Below are positions 31,675 through 45,406 of a DNA stretch of 64,000 nt, one piece after another. The stretch is from positions 70,370,001-70,434,000 of the forward strand of contig OZ024740.1 in NCBI GenBank assembly GCA_964016885.1, given 5' to 3'. The translations under genes were made by a program, and so were the position numbers. The stretch is from Eledone cirrhosa. Taxonomy: Eukaryota. Positions within the stretch are counted from its first letter, which is position 1. Every line of letters begins with the position of its first letter. Under the pieces are notes generated by a model. It saw nothing but the letters and a program-made list of their open reading frames with translations. It had not been told where the DNA came from and ran no database searches.

Positions 31675-31941
31675 TAGTCTACGACCTCTTTTATACCTGA
31701 ATGTGGTTCTGTCTTTGCGCGTAATTGTTTTTTACCGCTCCTTTTAATGACGTATTATTCGTTTTTTCCCGTTCTTTGCCAGCGGACGTTTCCACGAACC
31801 AAAGTATCGTCTTCCTGTCTTCCTCCGGTTGCAACGTTTTTTGAAATATCCAGTTCTGCGTTTACAGATTGACTTTGTTAGTTTCAGAAGATCCCGTTAA
31901 GGGTGAAAGCAGCGGTTCTTTGCTTAAACTTTAATCTGTTA

Positions 31942-31947
<6 letters not shown>
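31675..31947 (+). mobile_element. (TA)n-terminated dispersed element (family F) with HHR-like motif
   Basis: Reverse-complement copies at ~43653-43930 and ~52470-52635; all end CTGTTATTTTAAT at or beside (TA)n. Confidence 0.7.
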
Positions 31948-32009
<62 letters not shown>

Positions 32010-32137
32010 TATGACCAATGAGATTTAAGATTATTCCTGCTGACAACATTAAATTATACCTAACAAGCTCCTATGTCCCAAGGCTCTGATACCATCAACA
32101 CCATAAACACAGAGCTGGCATATCTAAGAACTGACTA

Positions 32138-32193
32138 ACTGCCTGATGAGGTCATATCCATTCAATGGCTATCATAGAAATATATATACCAGT
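32138..32193 (+). ncRNA. Hammerhead ribozyme, relative of the 5870 family
   Basis: ACTGC-CTGATGA-GGTCATATCCA TTCAA TGGCTATCATA-GAAA-TATATA-TA-CCAGT, then AATAAA; some stem mismatches. Confidence 0.7.
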
Positions 32194-32234
32194 AAATAAA
32201 GGATTATGAGTTCATGCAATTGACTTATGTTTCG

Positions 32235-32283
<49 letters not shown>

Positions 32284-32392
32284 TTAACAAGAGTACTCGA
32301 TAGTTGGAGTAGTAGAGTGGGTAATATGGGTAATATGAGTTTGTATCTAGCTGTCGAAAAGGCCGGAGCTCAGCCGTCGGGTTCCTGAATCT

Positions 32393-32440
<48 letters not shown>

Positions 32441-32489
32441 ATGGAGAGCCCTACAAAGAATTGTTTTATTTCATTCCAGAGATATCATT

Positions 32490-32537
<48 letters not shown>

Positions 32538-33816
32538 ACATGTGTGTTTGTTTGTTTTGTGTGTGAGGTTCCGTATTACATTTACTATTTGCTTATGTAT
32601 AGTAAGTTAGCGGTTCGATAAAAAAAAGATCGATAAAATAGACACCAAACTTGAAATAAATGATTATTCGTGTCAATAGGATCGACAAAATCCGCCCAAA
32701 GAGGTGCCCCAGCATGACCACTATCTAATGATTGAAATCGGTAAAAGTAAAATGGAGTATGAATAATTAGTTGGCCTTCCATTATCATATTAATGATAAC
32801 GAGCAAATTTGCTCGAAATAACAATCTCATTGACAAATCGCTCTTAAATCATATTCAAACGAAACAGTTCTAAACTGTTTTGCTCCATGTCCCAATGACA
32901 AACACTTAACAAGTTTGATACCCTCTCAGTATAAAATAATGTTTCGAATTAGAAAGATATAATGTCAAATTTATATCTCCCAAATTTATATCTGATAAAA
33001 AGACAATTAATTAAAACTGAAAGAAGGCGGCGAATTGACAGCGTTGGGTCTAAAATGTCACGGTATTTGGTACTGCTCACCGCATCCTGTGTTCAGATCC
33101 CGCCGAGGTAAATTTTTTCTATCCTTTCGAGTTGTATCTCGGATTAGTTCTTCCTTTTTATCTCTTTATCCCGGTCCTTTCTTTCTCCAGATAAAATCGA
33201 TTGAGCTGCCACTTGGAGAGGGATGGGATCCGCCAAGCTTAAAATGCCCAAGTTACAAAGTGCGTCATGGTGGCACTGCTACAAGACCATCAGAATTTAA
33301 GGGACCGTTACACCCTCTAATTGTTTTTATTTTTTTTTTTCGTTTGAGATGAAATGAGTATGAAAACGATGGGATGGTGGTCATAGGTTTGATGTCCTTG
33401 ATAGCAGGTCTATTCCATCAGGAGTGAGAGGAGGGAATTAGCGATAAGAATATGGTAATGTAAGAGCCATCCATTCCTGAAATTTCAACTCCTGATGAGA
33501 TCATAGGAGTGTCACCGTCGTGACATTTATCATGGCCTTTTAACGTGGCGGAATCCATCCAACTCCAGGTATGTCTGCGGCTTATTTCTTCCAGAAAGAG
33601 TAAGAGGTGGGGAAAAGATTTGATTCCAGTACTGGATTAGTAATTTGTTGGATGGAAGGCTTTGTTGACTTCGTTAGGATTTGACCTGAGCGCTTATGGT
33701 TAATTTTATTGTCTGTATATAATGTTTGTATTATGATGTGCTTTTCGGAGATTGCAAACCCAAAGACAAGAACCGCTCCCGGCAGTACAGCTCTAGTTAC
33801 GCTACTGTGCATGTAC

Positions 33817-33895
<79 letters not shown>

Positions 33896-34412
33896 TTATT
33901 TATTATGGCTAAGTGATGAGTCTTCTTACTCTTGATTTTCACCTATGTACTCAGAATCTTGACAAGACTGAATATTCTGTGACAGAGAAATAGCTGAATA
34001 GGGAGGGGGAGGGAGTAGATTATTGGATGAATGGGTTTCACCGGGATGGGTAAGTGGGGAATGCGGCTTTTAGGGGAAATGTAGATAGCATCGTCTCTAT
34101 AGACGATATGAGGAAGACGAAAAAAAGAAATAGAAAGTAAAGAGATAGAGAAAACAAAGGAAAAGAAAGAATACAGAGAAAGTCGGGGAGAGGAGAAAAA
34201 AAGGAAAAAGAGAGACGAAGGGGAAGAAAAAAGAAAATGGAAGAGGGGAAGAGAGAAAGAAAGACAAAAGCAGAAGGAAAAGGAGTGAGGAAATCTAGAA
34301 TAAAAATTTGATGGAGTGCTGATGAATGGCAAAAAAGCAGCAATAGAGATGCAGTAAATAGAATAGAATGGTCAGCTGAGGAAGCTTCTAGAGAATTGAT
34401 GGTGGTATATAA

Positions 34413-34453
<41 letters not shown>

Positions 34454-34644
34454 GGATGATAAATAAAAACGAGTGAATGGATGTCAAATAGTTGAAGAAT
34501 GCTAAAAAAACTTCTAATGAAATGATGGTGCCTATGATGATGATGATAAAGAATAGATAGTGATGGGGTACAAAATGATGATAAACAGAAAATGATGATA
34601 AACAAACTAAACTAAAATAAAATAAAATATGATATAATATAATA

Positions 34645-34829
34645 TAATTGTTTCTATTTTAGGCACAAGGCCAGCAATTACCCAGTTCATTACTGGTACT
34701 TTATTTTATCGACCCCGTAAGGATGAAAGCAAAGTCAACCTCGGCGGGATTTTGAACTCAGATCGTAAAGGGACGTAACTATGCTGGAAAGCATGGCGTC
34801 CGACCCTCTACCGATACTGCCAATCCACC
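34645..34829 (-). mobile_element. Full-length SINE family A
   Basis: Reverse complement of the consensus. Confidence 0.88.
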
Positions 34830-35277
34830 ATAAAATATAAGGGGATGTGTATATTAATTAATAGAAAATAAATAAGAATAAAAATAGAGAATAAAAAATT
34901 AAAGTATGTAGTTTGGTGGTCAGCTAATTGAAATTCGAGTAAATTCTAAATATAGTTGTAGTGTCTATGATAATGATGACTGTACAATATATAATATACA
35001 GTATATATAAACAAACTAAAGAAAGGAAAATAAGAAAAACAGTTCTAAAAAGTGTTTAAGTAAAAAAAAAAGAAAGAGAGAGGGTGGGAGCAATAGTCTG
35101 TAACAGCCCTGCCTAAGTTGTGTCTCAGCTGCGCCCCACGGATAAAATGGCAAAGGTATTGTCGCGGAGAATAGCCAGCGATACCTACTGCAACAGCCAC
35201 TACCTCAGGCAGGCTGCTATTTATCCGATTTTTACGAAGGAAATCAGCAGTGTGGAGACATATACATATATATTGTG

Positions 35278-35798
35278 AGTGACAGCGAGACGCAAAAATG
35301 CCTCAGAGGACAGAGACCAGCGGCCAGTCAACAAAGAGACAATCCACAGGTAAATGAAATATAGAAAAGATTGAAAGAGGAGAAGGACAAGGAGAAGCGT
35401 GTTGGGCATAGAAGTGACTGGAAGAAGGAAGTAAAGGTGATGTACAAGATAAGTTTGCACACACACACACACACATCTTGAACCTCATCAGCTCTCAAAC
35501 CAGCAAAATGATTTCGCACGATTTCATTGAAAGTAAATCGGGCGAAACCTTTTTGCTGGTTGGAGAGTTGATGAGGGTGAAGATGTGTGGGTATAAACTT
35601 GTCTTGTACATCGCCTTTCTTTATTTCCTTCTTCCAGTCACTTCTATGCGCCAACGCGCTTCTCCTTCTCCTCCTCCTTTTTCAATCGTTTATATATTTC
35701 ATCTGCCTATCACCTACCTTGTGGATTCTCTCTCTGTTGACGACTGACCGCTGGTCTCTGTCATCTAAGACATGCTTGCCCATCGCAGTCTCTGACAG
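35278..35798. repeat. ~520-bp diverged fold-back / MITE-like palindrome
   Basis: GACAGAGACCAGCGG vs CCGCTGGTCTCTGTC and CATAGAAGTGACTGGAAGAAGGAA vs TTCCTTCTTCCAGTCACTTCTATG; centre ~35530. Confidence 0.8.
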
Positions 35799-35916
35799 CA
35801 TTTAGTTGTTTTAACGGCTGTTCTAGCGATCAGTTTTCTTATTTTTATATGTATTCATATACACTTCCGCTTCTTCTCGATTAGAGACAACATTGGTTTT
35901 TCATTTTATATATAAG

Positions 35917-36148
<232 letters not shown>

Positions 36149-36166
36149 CACTCATACACACACGCA

Positions 36167-36256
<90 letters not shown>

Positions 36257-36941
36257 TGCGTACCAATATGTAATGCAGTTATAGAATAAAGTAAAATCGA
36301 TAGATACATACACGAAAGCTATATTGATGACGTGTTCAAAAACGATGCATGTATGTGTTTTTGTTCTTTTTTTGGGGGGAGGGGGCATATTACACGACCC
36401 TGTTTACATAGGCTTACTTTCAAATATGTTTTCCTTTCTATGCCTGTATTAATCATCCACCATTATAATACGCCATTTGAATGTGTATGTTTATTTATAT
36501 AAATACCTGTCTGTATCTCTTTAGAATATACTATACACACCTGTGCACGATGGACATACGTCGATTTCGACGATAGTGTTCTAGTTGTTCTATAAACGAA
36601 ACGGCCTGCCCAAGAAATTTAGGGTTGAGCATTCTACAGATACGCGTTTCTACACAACGTAATTCTCAGGAATACTCAGCGCGAGAAAATGTGTGACATG
36701 CCTGGCCTTTTGAATTAGAGATACATCCTATCCGTCGGGCTTCTAAACAGTTTCCGACTACCCAAATTCATTCACAAAGCATAGGTCGACACGAGACTAT
36801 GGTAAATGACATGACTCTTGCCGTAGATTTCACACAATAGAGTCAAACTCGGAACCTTGTGATTGCAAAGCGAACCTCTTATCCATTCGGCCATGCTACG
36901 TCCACATACACCCGACCTGTAAACTCCCCTTGTCTGACGGA

Positions 36942-37106
36942 GAGATCTCCCAACCACTTTGGGGTGGGTGAAAGATGTCTTGTCTTGTGAAAATGGGTAT
37001 AGCTTTCATTATGTAAAATCTCCCCATTTTGTCTCATTTCTCCCCGTTTTGGGGCACTTTGTTTCATGGTAGTCCCCGTTTGGGTTTTTAGAAGTTGGCA
37101 AATCTG
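36942..37106. mobile_element. Possible small hAT-like MITE
   Basis: Imperfect TIR GAGATCTCCCAAC / GTTGGCAAATCTG with internal TCCCCGTTT repeats; no TSD seen. Confidence 0.4.
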
Positions 37107-37610
37107 ACATAAACACACAAAAACAATACATTTCCTATCACTCATGCTGCTAAAATAAGTTTGCTTTCCAATCACGAGATCCTGGATTATTTCTCTGAAG
37201 TTACTCATACGTTTATTTCTGTATTTCATTTGTATATATATGCTGAATACTTATGGAATTATATACTAGAAATATATTATTAAAATATCATTCTCATCTT
37301 AATCTCTTTCACTTGTCAGTAATAAACAGAGACTCTAGGTCTTCTCTTATGCAAACCATTATTTTATCACAACGCAAGTTTCCCAGCTTGTATGATGGTT
37401 CATATATCCGGTAATTCGTTAATCTGGGACTCCAAAAATTAAATGCATTCAACACTATTGCCGTCATTATTGACGGCACGAATCCACTAATAATTATTTA
37501 TAACAGCAGGTGTGTAACTATATACACATACGCGCATGCGTGTCCGTATCATGTCCCGTCAGATTAACGGAATGTTAGTCGTTTGAATCTATCTCTCCTT
37601 TCTCCTCGTT

Positions 37611-37710
<100 letters not shown>

Positions 37711-37801
37711 CTATCTAATAAAGAAACATATCTATCTATCACTCACTTTATCTTTCTATCAACCCTTTTTTTCTCACAATATGTGTCTGCACCACCACCG
37801 C

Positions 37802-37832
<31 letters not shown>

Positions 37833-38094
37833 TCTGATATATATAAGTCCACATGTTCCCTCTCTAAGGATAATTTATCCGATTTACTCAACTACCATCT
37901 AGAGTGATCGATTGTTATTACAATTATTTTCTGCGTTTGGGACTTCTACATTTTCAAAGTTCCAACACTTCCAGCGCTTCGATAATTCATAAGGTTGAAA
38001 ATTCATAAGCCATTGAGTTGAGCCTAAGCCAAGTAAGGAATATCTACGTGTTTGAGCGACCTAATGGAAATAGCTGTTAAATTTATTAAAGTAT

Positions 38095-38282
38095 AATTGT
38101 TTCTACTTTTGGCACAAGGCCAGCAATTACCCAGTGCATTACTGGTACTTTATTTTATCGACCCCGTAAGGATGAAAGGCAAAGTTAACCTCGACGGGAT
38201 TTGAACTCAGACTGTAAAGGGACGTAACTATGCTGGAAAGCATGGCGTCTGACCCTCTACCGATACTGCCAATTCACCGCCC
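38095..38282 (-). mobile_element. Full-length SINE family A with 12-bp TSD
   Basis: TTATTAAAGTAT at 38083-38094 and at 38283-38294. Confidence 0.92.
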
Positions 38283-39390
38283 TTATTAAAGTATGATAAT
38301 GATGGATCGATCAGTCGACGACAAGCATTGAGTCTTTTGATCTACTAAATGTCTGTCTCATGAAGTATTATAGGAGATCGAAGATTCTACAGACACGTAC
38401 ACTGTTTACGTAATTCTCATACAGAATCGCTGTTTCACAATGTGACGTGTTTGAAACTTAAAATTACAGGTATAATCCATCCGACAGGCTTCCGCACAGT
38501 TTCTGTTTACCCAATTTCACTCATAATGCTTAACTCATCTCGAAGCTATGGCAAGAGTCCCAGACATGGTTGCGAAGAAGCTAAAGATTGAGAAGAGAAC
38601 ATGTTAATCACTCGTCCATGCTTACGTCTAAAACGAAAGCCTAGTAATTTGATAATAGTGTATATTGAATAATATATAATCTTATCGTATTTATTAGACG
38701 ATGTAGTTTTAATGTAAAAAGATGGAATAGGGATGTTCATAAGTTAAATACATAGAGCGTCGGACATCCTGCTTCGCGGCATAGAGTTATGGCCCTTTAC
38801 ATTCTGGGTTCAAATCCCGCCGAGGTTAAGATCAGTAAAGAACTGGGGTCGATTTAATCGACTTTCCTCTTCCCTTCAAATTGCTGGTTTTGTGCAAAAA
38901 GTAGAAGCAGTTATTATTGTTATTCTTATGATCACAACTAACTTGCTGAAAGAGTGAAAAAAAGAAATGTTTGACTATTCTTCATTCTTTTTTTTCTTTC
39001 AGTTGGAGCTACAAAACATTTTTAGTTTCCTCAGGTTGAAAGTTTTCTTTTTTCAACATATAATTCTAGCTCTTTGCAAATAGTTTGCAAATCTGCATCG
39101 CGTACATTGCTTTAAGGAATATTGCTGCAGGAGGCTATTACTAAACGAAGAAAAAGTTTCAAATATATATTTTCTATGAATATGGGCGCAGGCATGGCTG
39201 TGTGGGTATGGAGTTCACTACGCAAATATGTGGTTTCAGGTTCAGGATTCAGTCACATGACGTGGTACTTTGGGCATGCCTTCACCTATGCCCTCGAGTT
39301 GACCATGACATTGTGAGTGAACTTTCACAAACGGAAACTGTGCTAAAGCCCATCGTATGTGTGCGAACATGTGTGTATGTGTATATGATT

Positions 39391-39450
<60 letters not shown>

Positions 39451-39451
<1 letters not shown>

Positions 39452-40285
39452 TAGCAGCAGTACCCAGCGTTGCCTGGGTAGGTAAAATAATATCTGCTTT
39501 GATGAAAAGTTGTTGATCTTAGCGACTGCTTCTCGATGACTCGTCTATGGCCACATACGGGCCATTCGGTGGAGGGAGGTGATGACCTCTATCACTGAGA
39601 AACGCACGTGACTGATGAAGGGGCATTCTGGGGGAGGGAGTTTCGAATTTGAACGAATCGGTTGGAAAATATGGGAGCTAAAGCCGAAAAGGCGGAAATT
39701 TGAGCGAAAGGTGGTTTTTTTCGAATATGTAAGCGGCTGCTACGCCGTTCCTGAACAAAAAATCCAAAATGTAAAGCCACTTTAAGACGGGAAATAATCA
39801 GATCTAGCGTAGTGTAAAATTTGAATAAAGTAGGTTGATTAATGTGGGCGCTAGAGCCGAAAAAGTGGAAATTTGAGTCTAAAAGTGGTATTTTTGAATA
39901 TTTAAGCGGCTGCCACGCCGTCCCTGAACAACAAATGCAAAATATAAAGCGATTACAGGATGTGCAATGATAAATTCTATTTTGCTTTAAAATTTGAACG
40001 AAATCGGTGGCAAAATGTGGGAGCTAGAGCCAAAAATCTTATTTTTCGATACCTAAAAAAAGGTGACACCCCTATCGATTTCTATCTGCAGAATGACCCC
40101 GGAATACAAAAAACAATACGGTCATATATTAAAAAAAACACACTCCCCGCTGACTAAACTATGAGCCTGCAAAGTTTCATGAAAATCGGTCGTAAGATAT
40201 AGGCCCCTATAGGTAATACATAGACACACAGACCCCCCCCCCCTCCACACACATACACACATACTTATTTTTATATATATACAGA
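39451..40285 (-). mobile_element. Non-autonomous Helitron
   Basis: Minus-strand 3' end is the hairpin TACCCAGGCAACGCTGGGTA followed by CTAG|T. Internal ~170-bp tandem subrepeats contain AAATTTGAACGAAATCGGT-type motifs. The 5' end is approximate. Confidence 0.75.
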
Positions 40286-40312
40286 TATATAGATATATAT
40301 AGATATATATAA

Positions 40313-40378
<66 letters not shown>

Positions 40379-40571
40379 ATATTGCTATACTTGGGGAGGG
40401 TCATATTGTTGTAATAATTAATAACAGAACACACTCACTGTTTGGATGGTTTTCGCTTCTGTATCTTTTATATCTCCACAGTTAATTCATTCGGTCCTCA
40501 ATGTTTACCATTGACTGACCAACGGTCAAAAATACAGATATAATATAGATATAAACACATATATATAGTCT

Positions 40572-40612
40572 AACAAAGTTCTTTCGTTGCATATCTACAA
40601 CATCGACAGTGG
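40572..40612 (-). ncRNA. Decayed hammerhead motif (relative of the 7644 HHR)
   Basis: Minus strand CA-CTGTCGA-TGTTGTA GATA TGCAAC-GAAA-GAAC-TT-TG. The sister copy at ~6830 retains CTGATGA but has lost the 3' half. Confidence 0.55.
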
Positions 40613-40907
40613 TGCTATTATGTTCCTCCTGTTGTATTGTATATCTACGCCATTTTTATTTTATGTTTATTTATTTATTTTTGTCTTCTTCTCTGCGCAT
40701 GCGTTTGCGTGTGTGTATAGTGTTTGGTGTGTGTTCCCGTTTGCGTGACTGTGTTTTGGTTATTGTATTCTATTTTAGTTTACTAGTGTGTGTTTATATG
40801 TGTTGTTATTCTGTATTAATTCTGGCAATATTATTACAACAATATGACCCTCCCCAAGTATAACAATATTTGTTTCGACACACGATTTCATATCAAAAAT
40901 CTCGCAA

Positions 40908-40937
<30 letters not shown>

Positions 40938-40938
<1 letters not shown>

Positions 40939-43379
40939 CTCCTTCTTCTGCTCCTTCCACCCCTCCCTCCACTTCACCACCTCTATCTCCACCACCCACG
41001 TCCACTTCTTGGACATCTCCGTCGCCTTCGACCCCTCCCACCACTCCCTCGTCACCTCCGCCTTCTTCAAACCCACCGACTCCCACTCTTACCTCGACTT
41101 CACCTCTTCCCACCCCACCCACACTAAACTCTCCATTCCCTACTCCCAACTTCTCAGGATCCGCCGCCTCTGTAGCCGAGATGCTGACTTCGAGTCCCAA
41201 GCCCTTTCCCTAGTCAGCCATTTCATCCGCAGAGGTTACCCCCCCTCTCTCGTCCACACCGCTCTCACCCGCACCCGTGCTATCCCCCGCTCTACCACCC
41301 TCACCCCACGCCACCGCACACCCACCCACCGTCTCCCCTTCCCCATCACCTACCACCCCTCCACCTTACCCCTCCACCGCACCATCCGCCGCCTCTTCCG
41401 ACACCTCCAGTCCGACCCCTCCACCTCCCACATCTTCCCAACCCCACCACTCCCCTCCTTCAAACGCGCACGCAATCTCCGCACCCTCCTCGTCCACAGC
41501 TCCCTACCCCCAACCCACGCTCCGTTTCCCCCCCCCCCGGTTCCTTCCCCTGTTCTAGGCCCCGCTGCAACACCTGTCCCCACATCACCAACACCACCAC
41601 CTTCCAGGGTCCCAACGGCCACCCTCTCTCGGTCCGGCATGCCTTCCGCTGCACCTCCTCCAACCTAGTCTACGGACTTCGTTGCACGAGGTGCAGCGCG
41701 ACTTATGTCGGACAGACGGGACGCCGCCTGGCGGACCGAGTCACGGAGCACCTCCGGGACATTCGTCTCGGGGGCATTTCCCCCATCGCCCGCCACTTTG
41801 GTGGCCCTGGACACTCCGCACACCATCTCACAGTCTGTGGCCTACTCCAGTGCCACGGAACACCCGCCCATCGCCTCACGGTCGAACAACGTACTATCTT
41901 CATCTTACAGACCCACACTCCCCCCGACCTGAACTCCCCACCCTTATTCCTTTAGCGTTCGACCGCCCCCCTCCCCCACTTATCCCCCACTAACACCACT
42001 AACACACCCCTCCTTTTCACCGCCCACCCCACACTAACAATACTAACACCTCCACTCCACCCCTCATCTAACCACCCTTCCCCAACTAACATACTAACAT
42101 CCCTTCCCTCCCCTCTTCTCCTCCCCCCCCTCCTTATCACACGCACACACTCACACCACCCACCCCACACACAACTAACATCACTAACACCCTCCAACCC
42201 CACGCACACGTACCCACACACCCTTGTACACCACCAACTCTACACACCCTACCCCCACTAACCCCCACTCACACCTGCATTCCACCCCTCCCCACCTCCC
42301 GTCTACTAACACCCACTAACACCTCCTCACCAAACTACACACACACACCAGTACACCACACTCCCTCCATAGAACCACACACACCCTTCTCTCCCCACTC
42401 CACACTCACTCATCCCACTAACACCCCTACTAATACACACACACACACACACACTCCTCACTCCAACTCTCACACCTACCCATCCTCGCCTCCCTACCAT
42501 TCCGCTGACTGCTGCTATGCCCTTCCGACCACTGTCTCAGCACCAACTGACCACAGCACTTCCACTGCTGACCACTTCCTGTTGCGCGCGCACCCCCACA
42601 TCTCTCCTCTTCCGACCACCGCTTCTTGGATTACCCACACGCGTTTTGACTTCCAACCAAAATCTCCATACATCCGTGTAACTTACCACTTTCAACCATC
42701 CTCTAACACCATCACCTATATAACTCACCCACACACACATCCCAAAACACCCACAACACGCTTAAACCACACACACGTGCTTCCCACCACATATTTACAC
42801 CCTCAGCCCCCTGTTTCCTCTCCCCCCACCCCCCTATCCACACACGCACAGACCCTCCGACACACAAAAACACCCCCCACACACACCTTCCTGAACATGC
42901 AACCCCGTTCTTCCCCCAACCCTCACTTTCACATACACACACACACACACACACGCACACCTAACCACACACACCACCTTCAGCCCTCCCCGCTCGGACA
43001 CCCCGTCTCCCTCTCCCCACTCCACCCGCCTCCACCTCTACTCACCCCACACCCTTCCACCACCTGTTTACCCCCCTTTTAATTTCAGTTTATTTTGATC
43101 ATGCCTTTATTTTTAAATGTTCTCATTCCTTGTATTTTGATCATGCTTTATTTTTATTTATTATTTATTATAATTTTCTCTTTATTTGTTAATTTTTCAT
43201 TCGCACCGTTTCCTTTCGCTATATGTCTCTCCACCACTCCCCTACACACCTTTTGAACTCTTACCTGAAGAAGGGCTTATGCCCGAAACGTCGTTCTCCA
43301 CCTACCCCCCACTCTCCTGAGCGTGAATCTAATAAACATTTGTCGTACTGCCTCTCTGTTCTGTCCCTGTTCAATTTTT

Positions 43380-43382
<3 letters not shown>
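40938..43382 (+). mobile_element. Second Neptune-type Penelope-like element, more 5'-truncated (RT C-terminus + complete GIY-YIG)
   Basis: FLDISV..FFKPTDSHSYL, FKRARNLRTLLV, CSRPRCNTC, NLVYGLRCTRCSATYVGQTGRRLADRVTEH. One frameshift in a C run (~41530), stop at 41953-41955, same 3' end as copy 1, (TA)n on both sides. Confidence 0.93.
43263..43294 (+). ncRNA. Minimal hammerhead ribozyme in Penelope 3' pLTR
   Basis: Identical to 5608-5639. Confidence 0.8.
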
Positions 43383-43411
<29 letters not shown>

Positions 43412-43414
<3 letters not shown>

Positions 43415-43612
43415 CAAAGAGTCAGGACCCCGACGGCTGAGCTCCGGCCGTTTCGACTAGGTCTGAATGACAGCTAGGTTCAGACCTGCTGTCGAAACGG
43501 CCGGAGCTCAGCCGTAGGGGACCTGACTCTTTTCCTGTTACCCATTCTACTACCCAGTATTGAGTACTTTGGTGCGTTATGGTCCACCCAGTTACTTACC
43601 ACAATTCCTTCG

Positions 43613-43615
<3 letters not shown>
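43412..43615 (+). mobile_element. Fold-back family E copy
   Basis: Inverted arms plus tail ending CCTTCGTTA; (TA)n on both sides. Confidence 0.75.
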
Positions 43616-43650
<35 letters not shown>

Positions 43651-44297
43651 TTATTAAAATAACAGATTAAAGTTTAAGCAAAGAATCGCTGCTTTCACCC
43701 TTAACGGGATCTTCTGAAACTAACAAAGTCAATCTGTAAACGCAGAACTGGATATTTCAAAAAACGTTGCAACCGAAGGAAGACAGGAAGACGATACTTT
43801 GGTTCATGGTGACGTTCGCTGGCAAAGAACGGGAAAAAACGAATAATACGTCATTAATAGGAGCGGTGAAAAACAATTACGCGCAAAGACAAAACCACGT
43901 TTATGGTATAAAAGAGGTCGTAGACTAATGTTCTCTTAGGTGGTGCATAGAGACGTTCTCTGGCAATGAACGAAAAAACGAAGATAATAAGTCATATGTG
44001 GAGCGTGGAGAACAATAGCACGTAAAGACAAAACCACGTAAATGGTATAGCAGAAATTGTAGACTAAAATTCTAACTAGGAGACCAAATGAATCTCCGCT
44101 ACAGAGTTAAGAACAAAGTAAATAAATACAATACAGAAGTAATAGAAACAAATAAATACATACACGCAAACAGATACGTACATACACAAGCATACGCAAA
44201 ACCTTACCATGGGTATACAAAACCACGCACATATAAATATGTGCGTGTGTGTATGCTTGTGTCCAAATAAATAAATAATTATATATATATATATATA

Positions 44298-44492
44298 TAA
44301 CAAAGGAATTATGGTAAGGAACCAGATGGACGATAACGCACCAGAGTACTCAATACTGGGTAGTAGAGTGGGAAATAGGAAAAAGTATGACCCCGACGGC
44401 AGAGCTCAAGCCGTTTCGACGGCTATTTCTGAGTCCAGAAATAGCCGTCGAAACGGCTTGAGCTCTGCCGTCGGGGTCATACTTTTTCCTAT
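44298..44492 (-). mobile_element. Fold-back family E copy with perfect 57-bp arms
   Basis: 44375-44431 is the exact reverse complement of 44436-44492, with loop AGTC. Confidence 0.8.
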
Positions 44493-44585
44493 ATATATAT
44501 ATATATATATCATCAAGGAAACAACAAACAAAGATACAAAAAGTCTTATTAGTTTCACGCCTTATATGGAAAAGAAGAAAGAAAG

Positions 44586-44620
44586 TTCGACGTGTCGGGC
44601 TTAGGCCCTTCTTCGGGAGT
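44586..44620 (-). ncRNA. Decayed hammerhead motif (5608-type)
   Basis: Minus strand CCGAAGA-AGGGC CTAA GCCC-GACA-CG-TC; two core mutations, likely inactive. Confidence 0.55.
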
Positions 44621-44881
44621 ACAAAATAGAGACAGGATCACAAAGGAGAAACAGAAATAAAGGCGGTCCAAGTAACAAAAAAAAAAAATCCATAAAGAGT
44701 GTAAACAAGACAAACTGTTAGGTAGTCTTGGTAACGAGTTGGAACGCAAAGTGGAGTGTGTTTGTATTAGTATCTATATTATGTGTGAGTATAAGTGTCT
44801 GATTATATTGTATAAAAATTGAAAGATAGTGTGTGTATGCGTATATCAGTATGATAGTGGTAGTGGACTTGTGTGTGTGAG

Positions 44882-44915
<34 letters not shown>

Positions 44916-45094
44916 GTGTATATGTGTATATATATATATATACATGTGTATGTACGTGTGTGGGTGTATGTGCGCGCGTGTGTGTGTATGTGCGCGCGTG
45001 CGTGTGTGTGTGTCCGTTTCTGTTCGTGTTTACTGATACTTCATTACTTAGCAGTTTGATAGATAGTACCAGGTGCTGATATGATCGACTGAAT

Positions 45095-45406
45095 CAGGGG
45101 CGTGCAGCAGGCGGCCCGCGGGCCACAATCCGGTTCGCCAGACCAGTCAGAGTGGCCCGCGATGACCGTTTTTTTATTTTTCCCTTGTAGGTTTATTTAG
45201 AATTTATTTCGTAACCGAAATACAATTTTGTTAGTTGACCTATACTAAAGGACTTCAAAATAGTGTTATGTGTGTTATAATTTCCCAGTTCCGTGTTAAG
45301 AAGTTGTGGTGAATCTTTGGAATAGTTCTTAATAAATATTAATGGTCCTAATAGTTGTTTCAATGTTCAAAAGTGGCCCGCCAATGGAATATGTTGCACA
45401 CCTCTT
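45095..45406. mobile_element. hAT-superfamily MITE
   Basis: Ends CAGGGGCGTGCAGC / GTTGCACACCTCTT, subterminal GGCCCGC repeats, 8-bp TSD GACTGAAT / GACTAAAT. Confidence 0.8.

Noticed and set aside
33412-33505. CTGATGA within a short inverted repeat
   Set aside because: No properly placed GAAA-UH half.
40844-40937. N-terminus of the 274-aa ORF
   Set aside because: Chance read-through from a different element and (TA)n into the truncated Penelope frame.
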